Below, piece by piece: positions 15,750 through 24,052 of a stretch of 43,019 nt of DNA (its first letter is position 1; each line of letters opens with the position of its first letter). The notes under the pieces are model-generated. The model worked only from the letters and a program-made list of their open reading frames with translations, was not told the DNA's origin and did not search any database. This stretch comes from a virus. Lineage: Duplodnaviria; Caudoviricetes. Made by a program: the position numbers and the translations under genes. The stretch spans positions 1 to 43,019 of IMG/VR virus record IMGVR_UViG_3300049893_001226; one strand, written 5' to 3'.

Positions 15750-16463
15750 TTGGATATTCTGCTTAATGTTCTCAGCACTTGGTTACATGGTAGTTATAAA
15801 ATACATTGTGAGCGGTCTATGATGCACCCAATAATGAAAGCTTGGATTCTATCGGATTATGTATATTTTGATGAAGAAGTACATAACAAATTACCCATGG
15901 AATTGAAGTGGGTCGCAACGCTTCGCCACGGTTCTGATAGGTGCTTTATCTTTAAGGATAGCGAAAGTCTACACATAGTTTTTAGGGGGTCGGATGATTT
16001 TTGGGATTGGATATCAAATGCCGACGCTGGACTATGGGGCCAGGAACACGATTCAATTTCTGAAAGTTATGAGAGTTTTTCTGGTGACATATCTCATATC
16101 GCGAAACACCATTTAAATTTGGACTTTGGTATATATGGACACTCCCGAGGCGGTGCTATGGGGACATTTTGCGCTGAGCATTTATCTATAATCAAACCCT
16201 TATCTTGTATAACTTTTGGTGCGCCCGCAGTGTATCGAAAAGAAGGTCGAGATCATTATAATAGGTTACCCATAGACCATACAAATATCTTTGTCCGTGG
16301 GGACATTGTAGCTACATCCAAATTAATTCACCTGGCAGGGTTTAGGCATGTCGGGAAAGAGGTAGTTTTGCCAGCTTCTTTTTTAAACTTATTGGCTTAT
16401 TTTAGGGTAAAAGCACACCTTCGGGATACCCTGGATAAGGCAGTAAAAAAAAGATGGAAATAA
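15750..16463 (+). CDS. Class 3 lipase-family alpha/beta hydrolase
   Basis: IVFRGSD..DW..N, GHSRGGA nucleophile elbow, TFGAP, GDIV, FRHVG, C-terminal His; start codon uncertain. Confidence 0.85.
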   Translation: MDILLNVLSTWLHGSYKIHCERSMMHPIMKAWILSDYVYFDEEVHNKLPMELKWVATLRHGSDRCFIFKDSESLHIVFRGSDDFWDWISNADAGLWGQEHDSISESYESFSGDISHIAKHHLNLDFGIYGHSRGGAMGTFCAEHLSIIKPLSCITFGAPAVYRKEGRDHYNRLPIDHTNIFVRGDIVATSKLIHLAGFRHVGKEVVLPASFLNLLAYFRVKAHLRDTLDKAVKKRWK

Positions 16464-16475
16464 TTAAAATAAAAC

Positions 16476-16504
16476 TTGCTTTTTAAGACTTAATTGTTTA
16501 TTAT
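16476..16504 (+). promoter_or_regulatory. Putative sigma70 promoter
   Basis: TTGCTT-17-TATTAT. Confidence 0.5.
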
Positions 16505-16510
16505 ATGGGT

Positions 16511-16642
16511 ATGGATTTAGGTCAAAAGGCAGTCGAAGTTTACGAGATACTTCTTAAAACAGTAAGTATCGAACAAATAGTGAAAATCGCCCTGGAAGAT
16601 CAGTTTTATAGCGATCTGATAGAGCAAACAATAAAAGCTTAA
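16511..16642 (+). CDS. Small hypothetical protein (43 aa), possibly leaderless
   Basis: MDLGQKAVEVYEILLK...; ATG lies at about the predicted transcription start. Confidence 0.45.
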   Translation: MDLGQKAVEVYEILLKTVSIEQIVKIALEDQFYSDLIEQTIKA

Positions 16643-16662
16643 CAAACAAAAAAGGAAACGAA

Positions 16663-16947
16663 ATGAGCGAACCAATATACATCGGCAGCGGAAAAGAAAT
16701 AGTTACCAAATACGGTAACATTCTTAAAATAAGCTTTAACCGTGAGGATATCCAAAAGATGTCAGAAAACCTAAACGAAAAAGGCTGGATTAACCTAGTT
16801 GCGAGTAAAAGAAAAACACAAACCGTAGGCTCCCCAACTCATAGCATCAAACTAGACGATTGGAAACCCGAAGCTAAACCACAAACCCCAAAAGATGTAT
16901 CTAAAGACTTTGGAGCCGATCAACTACCCGACGGGTTGCCTTTCTGA
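16663..16947 (+). CDS. Putative single-stranded DNA-binding protein
   Basis: YIGSGK..GWINL..THSIKLD; SSB-type acidic tail DGLPF; AAGGA RBS. Confidence 0.55.
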   Translation: MSEPIYIGSGKEIVTKYGNILKISFNREDIQKMSENLNEKGWINLVASKRKTQTVGSPTHSIKLDDWKPEAKPQTPKDVSKDFGADQLPDGLPF

Positions 16948-17113
16948 TGGACGATATAATATATGATTATATAGGCTCAGGCAGGTCTATATAGCTAACA
17001 GAACACTCAAAAGACAGGATAAAAAACATGCTTTTGAGAAAATGGCCCGAATTTGTGGTTGACCAAAAACCAGAAATAAGAAAACCGCATCACCTGGACA
17101 AGTACAATAAAAA

Positions 17114-17380
17114 ATGATTACGAAGGAACGCAAACGGCTCCAAAGAATGGAGGCCAGAAAGCAAGGGCTTTGCAGCCAATGTTTTAAAGTTCCACCAGAA
17201 AAGGGTTTCAGACGGTGTAATGTATGTAAAAGAAAAGAAGCCGAGGCCCAGGAACGGCAAAGGAAAAAAAGAGAAAGTCTAGGTTTATGTCCCCACTGCG
17301 GGAGTAAATTTTTTAATGAAGGTTTTAAACACTGTACAAGAAATACAGGGTGCAGAAAGGGGTTATATGGAGTTAATTAG
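17114..17380 (+). CDS. Cys-rich basic Zn-finger protein
   Basis: Two GLCxxC..GF..C units. Confidence 0.65.
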   Translation: MITKERKRLQRMEARKQGLCSQCFKVPPEKGFRRCNVCKRKEAEAQERQRKKRESLGLCPHCGSKFFNEGFKHCTRNTGCRKGLYGVN

Positions 17381-18206
17381 TCGAAATATCCCGCTTAATT
17401 GCGAGATTGTAATTGGTGGGGATACTCACATCGGTTCAACTTTATGCTATGAGAAGGGCATCGCAAAACTTGTAAAGTATGTAAAGGAAAACAAAGATGT
17501 ATATATGATTCACATGGGCGACTGGATTGAGGCTATAGCAACCGATGACAAGCGATACCAGAGCGACACTACCAAAACACCCATACCTATGTTACAAGCC
17601 GACCAAGCCATAGAGTTATATTCAGGTATCTCAAAGAAGTTCCTGGTTGGTCTTTGTGGAAACCATGAATTTAAACTGCATAGATATGGAGACCTTGCCA
17701 AGTATATTTGTGATGGTGTTGGCGCACCTTATGGCGGGTATGTATGTAAACTATCCCTATACAATAAAGGCAATCTACTTTTTAAGGGATTTCTGGGCCA
17801 CGGTGGAAGTGGTGCACTAACTTCAAACGCAAAAGACTATGAGCAAGGCTTAGCTAACCTCAAAGCTAACCTTAAAAAGAAGCTGGTTAATAAGGCCTCT
17901 GACTGCCTTATAATGGGATATGGCCACTATCACCAATGCTTAGTAGTTAACCCCGCAGAGAGGCTAATAATAGGGGATGACGGCAAACAAATCACCCAAA
18001 ACTATTTAGGGGCTGGGGTAGGTACGGATAAGTATATTGAACCAGAAAGAAGATGGTATTTTTGCTCAGGGACTGCATTGAAAACCTTTGAGCTAGGAAC
18101 GGCCAGCTATTCGGAGCGGGCAGGATACGACCCAATTGAACTTATGTATATATCAATCAAAATCCGAAATGGAAAACCTGTATCTGTAGAAAGGAAATTC
18201 TACTAA
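17367..18206 (+). CDS. Calcineurin-like metallophosphoesterase
   Basis: GDTHIG, GDWIE, GNHE, GHG, GHYH motifs. Confidence 0.88.
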   Translation: MELISRNIPLNCEIVIGGDTHIGSTLCYEKGIAKLVKYVKENKDVYMIHMGDWIEAIATDDKRYQSDTTKTPIPMLQADQAIELYSGISKKFLVGLCGNHEFKLHRYGDLAKYICDGVGAPYGGYVCKLSLYNKGNLLFKGFLGHGGSGALTSNAKDYEQGLANLKANLKKKLVNKASDCLIMGYGHYHQCLVVNPAERLIIGDDGKQITQNYLGAGVGTDKYIEPERRWYFCSGTALKTFELGTASYSERAGYDPIELMYISIKIRNGKPVSVERKFY

Positions 18207-18688
18207 TGACCATAAAATATTATAAAAAAGACACTAGTGGTGGTGTAAGTCTTAAGAAGTTAAAGAAAGCAAAAAAACTTGAGGATATGAAGCCAGAATT
18301 TCAGGGGGAAGTTAAGGGATTTAGTAACCCCACATACATTGATGAATTTATGGCAATCTATGAGTCTTCAAAGTTTAAAAACAACGGCACAAAGCAACAA
18401 AGTGCAGTAGATTCGGTCCAAGACACCCTAAACGAAAGGGGTAAAAGGTACGGGGAATTTATCGGTAACGCTACTATTGCGCAAAAGATAAAAAAGGCCA
18501 TGCAAGAAAGTAAAAATTGGGAGCTGTTAGAACCTGACCAAAAAGAAGCCCTTGAAGTTACTGCATCAAAAATAGGTCGAATACTAAACGGTGATTTTAT
18601 GTATATAGATTCATGGCACGATATAGGCGGGTTCTCTCAGTTGGTTGTAAACCGTTTAAGAGGGGCACAAAATGAAAAGGTATCCTAA
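18206..18688 (+). CDS. DUF6378-like protein
   Basis: TLNERGKRYGEF..KIGRILNGD..YIDSWHDIGGF..LV. Confidence 0.7.
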   Translation: MTIKYYKKDTSGGVSLKKLKKAKKLEDMKPEFQGEVKGFSNPTYIDEFMAIYESSKFKNNGTKQQSAVDSVQDTLNERGKRYGEFIGNATIAQKIKKAMQESKNWELLEPDQKEALEVTASKIGRILNGDFMYIDSWHDIGGFSQLVVNRLRGAQNEKVS

Positions 18689-19028
18689 CTCAACAGCTTT
18701 TGATTACTTTAAAAAAAGATGCATTCACTGGAGTAATACATTCTGTCTAAATGGATGGTATGGGGATTACCATCTTGGAGATGTAGATGATGGATTCGCA
18801 GCCGATTGCTACGCTAACTGGGAACAAAAAATATTTTCAATAACTTTAAGTAAAAAATATACACACCTACCAAAAAAAGAATTAAATAGGCTTGCATTAC
18901 ACGAAACCATTCATATACTTTGTTCAGGAATTATGTTTATGGCTGTTCAAAGGGAATACAACGATAAAGATGTTAGGGCAGAAGAACATTTAATTGTCAG
19001 GATTTTGGAAAAGGTATTGTTGAAATGA
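18672..19028 (+). CDS. Small zincin-like metallopeptidase (HExxH)
   Basis: ALHETIH plus downstream EEH. Confidence 0.6.
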   Translation: MKRYPNSTAFDYFKKRCIHWSNTFCLNGWYGDYHLGDVDDGFAADCYANWEQKIFSITLSKKYTHLPKKELNRLALHETIHILCSGIMFMAVQREYNDKDVRAEEHLIVRILEKVLLK

Positions 19029-19474
19029 AAACAGACATTGCAGATAAACTAATAATCAAAGGGCTTTTAGCCAGAGGCTACCCTATTACAGGGATTGCCG
19101 ATAAGTTAAAAATCTCAAGGTCAAGGGCTGTAAAGTTAATGCTTACTGAGAAAGATTACCCTAGTTTAAAGCTACTTTCTAGGGTAAATGGGAATAATGC
19201 AGTGCAGGAGTGCTGGCCTGAAATCGTGTATATGTTGGAAAGGAACGCTAGTATCTATGAAGTGGCCGAAAAGTTAAGCCTAAGATATAGCGACCTTAAA
19301 GAACACCTTTTAAAAACAAAGTACAAGGAAAGACTGCAATTAAATTCTACATTTTCAATTCGACTAAAAAAGGATGTAAAAGAACTATTAATTGGTCAAT
19401 CACTTACCAAGGGTTATAGTTCTTTGGGTGGGTACATAACAGCAATTTTAACAAAACAGGCGAGGAACGGATGA
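19025..19474 (+). CDS. HTH-containing protein
   Basis: GYPITGIADKLKISRS and ASIYEVAEKLSL; RHH-like C-terminus. Confidence 0.55.
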   Translation: MKTDIADKLIIKGLLARGYPITGIADKLKISRSRAVKLMLTEKDYPSLKLLSRVNGNNAVQECWPEIVYMLERNASIYEVAEKLSLRYSDLKEHLLKTKYKERLQLNSTFSIRLKKDVKELLIGQSLTKGYSSLGGYITAILTKQARNG

Positions 19475-19824
19475 AACATATATTTTATTTTTTAGCCATA
19501 TTTCCTATACTTTGGGAGGCAACCAATATACAAGATGTTAAAAGAACCCATAATTTTATACTTAGCTTTAAAACGAAAGATAAAAAAAATCTTACGGCAA
19601 CACATTTAACTTTTTCTATTTTTGCTCTTTCATACGGCGTTTGGACTCTTTTGGGGTTATTAACTTTTCAATGGCCTGTATTTTTATTATTTTTTGCATT
19701 GTCTTTTATCCCAAAAGTAAACCTATTTACTAGGTTTGTAGATAGTATTATAAGCTTAATAATATTAGTATTCATAGTTTTAAACGCCTATCATTTTAAA
19801 ATAGATTTTACACAATTTTTCTAA
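19471..19824 (+). CDS. Multi-pass membrane protein
   Basis: 117 aa with 3-4 hydrophobic segments. Confidence 0.7.
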   Translation: MKHIFYFLAIFPILWEATNIQDVKRTHNFILSFKTKDKKNLTATHLTFSIFALSYGVWTLLGLLTFQWPVFLLFFALSFIPKVNLFTRFVDSIISLIILVFIVLNAYHFKIDFTQFF

Positions 19825-19835
19825 GGAGAATAACA

Positions 19836-20156
19836 ATGTTAGAGAATTTAAAAGAAGGGGACACCATAAAGATAGGTGAAAAAGAGTTTGAACATTTTAC
19901 AACAAAAGGTGTGGTTTTTTTAAAAAACAATTTAGGAAATGAAAAAGCCTTTGCCATGGAAACCTTAGGGTTCCTCGGAGCTGAGATAGTAAGGAAAGCA
20001 CCGCCTAAGAACTCACCAATAAGATATCGTTTTAATGGGGTTAATTATTATGGTGTGTATACTGGGAATGGTATTGTAAATAATATGCTGGTTATTCGTA
20101 TTGCCGACTCTTTTAAACACATTTGCGATTGGGAAGTACTGGAGATAGAAAAATGA
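19836..20156 (+). CDS. Hypothetical protein
   Basis: 106 aa, AAGGAG RBS. Confidence 0.7.
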   Translation: MLENLKEGDTIKIGEKEFEHFTTKGVVFLKNNLGNEKAFAMETLGFLGAEIVRKAPPKNSPIRYRFNGVNYYGVYTGNGIVNNMLVIRIADSFKHICDWEVLEIEK

Positions 20157-20554
20157 GAAAAATAAATAAAATTATTGTACATCACTCGGCAAGCAATGGT
20201 AAAACAACTACCCCAGAGGATATTTGGGATTGGCATAAAAGCAAAGGATATAAATTAATAGGGTATCATTACCTAGTCGATTACGACGGGATTTTACACC
20301 AAGGCCGAGACGAAAACATGGTAGGGGCACACTGCAAAGGTAAAAACCTAAACTCTCTGGGTGTGTGTGTAATTGGAAATTTTCAAATAGACTTTCCCTC
20401 AAAAAAACAAGCCGAAAAGCTTAGGGTACTTTTAACAGATCTTAAAAAGAAGTATCCCGACGCTAGTATAGAGGGCCATCTTGAAAACGCTAATACACTT
20501 TGTCCAGGTATAAACCTTATGCCATATCTTAAAGATTTAAGGGGTACTTTGTGA
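20153..20554 (+). CDS. Endolysin, N-acetylmuramoyl-L-alanine amidase (Amidase_2, T7 lysozyme-like)
   Basis: IIVHHS, IGYHY, GR...GAHC.G.N..SLGVC..GNF, GH...TLCPG. Confidence 0.92.
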   Translation: MRKINKIIVHHSASNGKTTTPEDIWDWHKSKGYKLIGYHYLVDYDGILHQGRDENMVGAHCKGKNLNSLGVCVIGNFQIDFPSKKQAEKLRVLLTDLKKKYPDASIEGHLENANTLCPGINLMPYLKDLRGTL

Positions 20555-20823
20555 GTGGCGGAGCTTTTGACTATAACCAGCATCGAATCAGAGAGATATA
20601 TCAAGAAATAGAAAAGGTGCTTTTAGAGCAAGGTAAAAAAAACGAGTGGGGGCATCACTACCCTATTTATTCAAAGCGAGTACAAAACAAGTTTAAAAAG
20701 GCCATCAAAGCCCTAAAAATAGCCGAGGTGTACGCCCAGCGTGTAGATTGGTTAATCTCTGGGGACGATGGCGACGAAAGCTTTTTAGAGCGTTTAAAAG
20801 AGGATTTGGAGGCGTTAAAATGA
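20551..20823 (+). CDS. Hypothetical phage protein
   Basis: MSGGAFDYNQ..YAQRVDWLISGDDG.ESF..RL. Confidence 0.7.
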   Translation: MSGGAFDYNQHRIREIYQEIEKVLLEQGKKNEWGHHYPIYSKRVQNKFKKAIKALKIAEVYAQRVDWLISGDDGDESFLERLKEDLEALK

Positions 20824-21020
20824 AGGTTATATTTGAAACCGACGATATTACTGAGGTCAAAAGACTATCCAAAGCGAACGATATGGCAAACTTTATCTGG
20901 GAGTTAGTACATAATGGTTGGCGGGATTTTAAGCATACTGACTACGACTATGAAAAAGCATGGGATAAGATAAACGAGCTTTTAATAAAATTTGGGATTG
21001 ATGTAAATGATTTGGAATAA
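20820..21020 (+). CDS. Hypothetical protein (66 aa)
   Basis: MKVIFETDD..; GGAGG RBS; ATGA overlap. Confidence 0.7.
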   Translation: MKVIFETDDITEVKRLSKANDMANFIWELVHNGWRDFKHTDYDYEKAWDKINELLIKFGIDVNDLE

Positions 21021-21024
21021 TAGC

Positions 21025-21050
21025 ATATAGACGAATGTTGGCGTATAACT
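21025..21050 (-). repeat. Inverted copy of the attI-like sequence at 11654-11679
   Basis: ACGAATGTTGGCGTATAACT (21031-21050) is the exact reverse complement of 11654-11673; 25/26 match over 21025-21050. Confidence 0.85.
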
Positions 21051-21063
21051 ATATTAGGAAATT

Positions 21064-21249
21064 ATGATAAAAACCCCTTGCTGTAAAGCCGATTACCACA
21101 AACTAGGACGGGCAAATTATAGGTGTGTGAAATGTGATGCCGATGTGACGATACATTTAGTTTTAATCAGTATGATTGAGGAAAATAATGCAGATAAAAA
21201 AGACAAAAAAGCCAAGGGTAAAAGAATCAACAATCCAAGACCAACTTGA
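21064..21249 (+). CDS. Small Cys-containing protein
   Basis: TPCCKA..YRCVKC; AGGA RBS. Confidence 0.5.
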   Translation: MIKTPCCKADYHKLGRANYRCVKCDADVTIHLVLISMIEENNADKKDKKAKGKRINNPRPT

Positions 21250-21568
21250 GCACTACCTTGATTTGAAGGGCATCACCTATGTAAGGTTTCCTGACTCGCT
21301 GTATCGTTATATTTTCGCTAACCCTATGATTCCAGTCTATGTTAAAAAACAGTGTAGCGACTATATGAAGGGGGTTCCTGACCTTATTATCCTTACACCT
21401 AACAAAGAGTATAACGACTGCCTTTTATTGGAAGTAAAGGCCAAAGATGGAAAGCTATCCCAAGGCCAAAAGAACTGGCAAAAAGGATTAAATGTTTATA
21501 CTGGCTATGGGTTCGAGGAATGCAAAGGTATCATAGATAAGTATATTGAAAGCGTAAATGTCCAGTAA
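21188..21568 (+). CDS. VRR-NUC family nuclease (probable resolvase)
   Basis: ESTIQ, KGVPDL, LEVK..GKLS..QK.W. Confidence 0.85.
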   Translation: MQIKKTKKPRVKESTIQDQLEHYLDLKGITYVRFPDSLYRYIFANPMIPVYVKKQCSDYMKGVPDLIILTPNKEYNDCLLLEVKAKDGKLSQGQKNWQKGLNVYTGYGFEECKGIIDKYIESVNVQ

Positions 21569-21680
21569 ATGATGATAAAAACTGGACAAATAATTTCACA
21601 AATACTTATATGTTTTTGTGAAAAATTTTGTTTAATTTTGTACGAAAACCTGGGCATTAAGTTGATAAATCGACCTTAAT

Positions 21681-22055
21681 TTATGATAAACAATACAGAA
21701 ACTCTATTTCAATACTTCTTTGTATGTTTTTGTAGTCATCCTTAACCGCAAAAATGCAGTTTGGATACTTATTAACCGACTGGATTTTATCATAAACTTC
21801 AAGGGCTTCATAAGTTTTATAATGGTCAACTGGGAAGGTGGCGGTTACAATTACTCTAGGGGTGTTTTTAAGGGCTTTATAGGCCGTTTCCCAGTCTATC
21901 CCACGTAATCGATGGGCAAAAATTAAAACGTCGTATTGGCCTATATCTGAGGCTGTAAAACTATTATATGTATCGTATAGGTCAGGCTTAAACTGACTAA
22001 ACAAGCTTTCGTAAACTTCTAACATTCCACGACTATCGACAATGGCGAGTTTCAT
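21681..22055 (-). CDS. Receiver(REC)-like domain protein, apparently without the phosphoacceptor Asp
   Basis: MKLAIVD, YDVLIFAHRL.GID, PRVIVT, late VK. Confidence 0.5.
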   Translation of the reverse strand: MKLAIVDSRGMLEVYESLFSQFKPDLYDTYNSFTASDIGQYDVLIFAHRLRGIDWETAYKALKNTPRVIVTATFPVDHYKTYEALEVYDKIQSVNKYPNCIFAVKDDYKNIQRSIEIEFLYCLS

Positions 22056-22357
22056 TTAAACACCAAATAAATAGTTCCTAGACCGACAAGTATAGACATA
22101 ATATACCCTATCATCGAAAAGATAGAGACTATAAAATCTTTATTTTGTAACATCGCTTTTTTAAAATTCATAATGTCTTCAATTTTCGCTTTGCAACACT
22201 CGATACTTTGGTTAAAGCTCTCAAACTCTTTTTCCCAGTTTTGAACTCTAATATCCGATGTATCTAAGTGGCTTTTTAAAAGTGCCTCTAACTGGCTAAG
22301 GTCTTTTTGTAAGTCCCTAACCAAATCAAAAAGCTTTTCGTGTGTATCGTCGGTCAT
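22052..22357 (-). CDS. Holin/XhlA-like protein (coiled coil plus C-terminal TM)
   Basis: Heptad-like N-terminus, single C-terminal hydrophobic helix, near the end of the late operon. Confidence 0.5.
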   Translation of the reverse strand: MTDDTHEKLFDLVRDLQKDLSQLEALLKSHLDTSDIRVQNWEKEFESFNQSIECCKAKIEDIMNFKKAMLQNKDFIVSIFSMIGYIMSILVGLGTIYLVFK

Positions 22358-22487
22358 GGGGAAATACCCAAAAGTGAGAGTCCATTTGCAATTAGGTTGT
22401 ATTTTTTAGTATATATTCCATAGGCAATAAGGATTAAGCCAAGTACTATAGTTACATTCTTCGGCTTTAAGTGTTTTTTAACTTTGT

Positions 22488-23708
22488 TCATACAAGTTCC
22501 TTCCACAAACCAGATGTGCTGATAGTTGCTGTGTTAACACTCTCGCCCGATAGCGTAAAAGTATCGCCTGGGCCCAAAATTATTTTATAATCCAAAAGGT
22601 TCTCAATTACTTTGTCATTCTTGCCTGCTAATGGTATAGATAATACAACTGTGCCACCCGTTACCGTGGTTCCTGCAGTGTCGTAGCTTACAACCGAGTT
22701 TGTGGCGTTTATATCGGTATAACTTGGCGAACCCCCCAAAGTAGCGTTTTTAACCAACCTCAAAACACCTAAATTATTAGCCGAATTTGCTTCGATTGCT
22801 ACAACTATTCTTTCAATTAAAATGTCTATAAAATTAGTTTTACTTGCGTAAGTAGTTTTGTTTTTAATCGTTACAATAGCTGTTTGTGTTGTTATAGAGC
22901 TTTTGGTTTGTATTCCAGTTGTATATTGTGGTTGTTGAATTTCGATAAACCCAGTTCTACCCTCCACAAAATAAGCATAAGAAGCACTTTTTACAATTAA
23001 ACTATTAGTAGTGGCTTTGTTATTAGCATACATAAAAAAATGAAAGTTAGGCATGTAAACTGAGGGGGATGTATATGTATTTGCATAGGGTATAGTGGCA
23101 ACCAATTCAATTTTACCAGTGCTGGGAGTTTCATAATAAACATACTGCGCCCCCCCTCCAAGATATTGAAACTGGATATAAAAAACATTTAGCTTTGTTT
23201 TATCTAGGGTTACACCACTTGCGCCCGTACCATCCAAGGGATCTGTCCAGCTTGCCAGGGGAGTAGTGGTTACGGCATCGTTTTGAAATCTGTGGAAACC
23301 AAATACAGTTCCAATATATCCTATCATATACCCGTTTTTAAAATCGGCTGTACTTCCTAATTCATCCGCAAGGCCAATTAATTGTGATGTACTCGCCACG
23401 GGTGCAGTAAATAAAGCCGTAAACCTAACTAATCCACCCTGTCCAGTTCTATACTTTGCGTGCTTGGTAGTTTGTAAAATAGCTTTACTTGCGGTTGTGG
23501 TTCCTGTAGTGCATACAGCCATTGCGTCGGCTTGCGTTACCGTACCGCTGGCAGTTACTGTATTTGTATTGATATCGGTATTGCTTACAGTATATTCAAA
23601 GCTACCTTGTAGAATAGGGGAAAGCTCGGCCATTATGGACTCACCAAAAGCACCTTTTTGGGAATTTAAAACATTTACATTTCTTAATAAACTCATGCCG
23701 CTACCCAC
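22488..23708 (-). CDS. Virion structural / fibre-associated beta-rich protein
   Basis: 406 aa, Thr/Ser/Gly-rich; YRTGQG, FQYLGGG; within the tail cluster. Confidence 0.55.
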   Translation of the reverse strand: MGSGMSLLRNVNVLNSQKGAFGESIMAELSPILQGSFEYTVSNTDINTNTVTASGTVTQADAMAVCTTGTTTASKAILQTTKHAKYRTGQGGLVRFTALFTAPVASTSQLIGLADELGSTADFKNGYMIGYIGTVFGFHRFQNDAVTTTPLASWTDPLDGTGASGVTLDKTKLNVFYIQFQYLGGGAQYVYYETPSTGKIELVATIPYANTYTSPSVYMPNFHFFMYANNKATTNSLIVKSASYAYFVEGRTGFIEIQQPQYTTGIQTKSSITTQTAIVTIKNKTTYASKTNFIDILIERIVVAIEANSANNLGVLRLVKNATLGGSPSYTDINATNSVVSYDTAGTTVTGGTVVLSIPLAGKNDKVIENLLDYKIILGPGDTFTLSGESVNTATISTSGLWKELV

Positions 23709-24052
23709 CTTGTTCCGTCGTATCTTAAAGATATATTTTCACCAATATATATTGGTTGAATTGCTGTACTTGTATAAATAGCTTTCCCGTTTGGGTTTAT
23801 CGTACATGCAAAAGTTGAATTAATACACGCTATATCATAATATTGCCCAGAAACTGGACTCACTGGCAAAGTTATTGCAACCGTATTGCTAGTTCCGTCA
23901 ATGGTTACATATCTATCTGAGGTTGTCATTGTGTAGTTTGCAGTCTTTACACTTACCCCAAACTCCCTATTTTGTAGAGAGTTCCAGTCCTTAGCCGATA
24001 CAAATTCAGCATAATTACTGTAAATGTGAGGTATGTTGTTTGAGCTACTCAT
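23693..24052 (-). CDS. Small tail-fibre-type domain protein
   Basis: VKTANYTMTTSD..ITLP..G..Y..L.YDGTRW. Confidence 0.6.
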   Translation of the reverse strand: MSSSNNIPHIYSNYAEFVSAKDWNSLQNREFGVSVKTANYTMTTSDRYVTIDGTSNTVAITLPVSPVSGQYYDIACINSTFACTINPNGKAIYTSTAIQPIYIGENISLRYDGTRWVAA

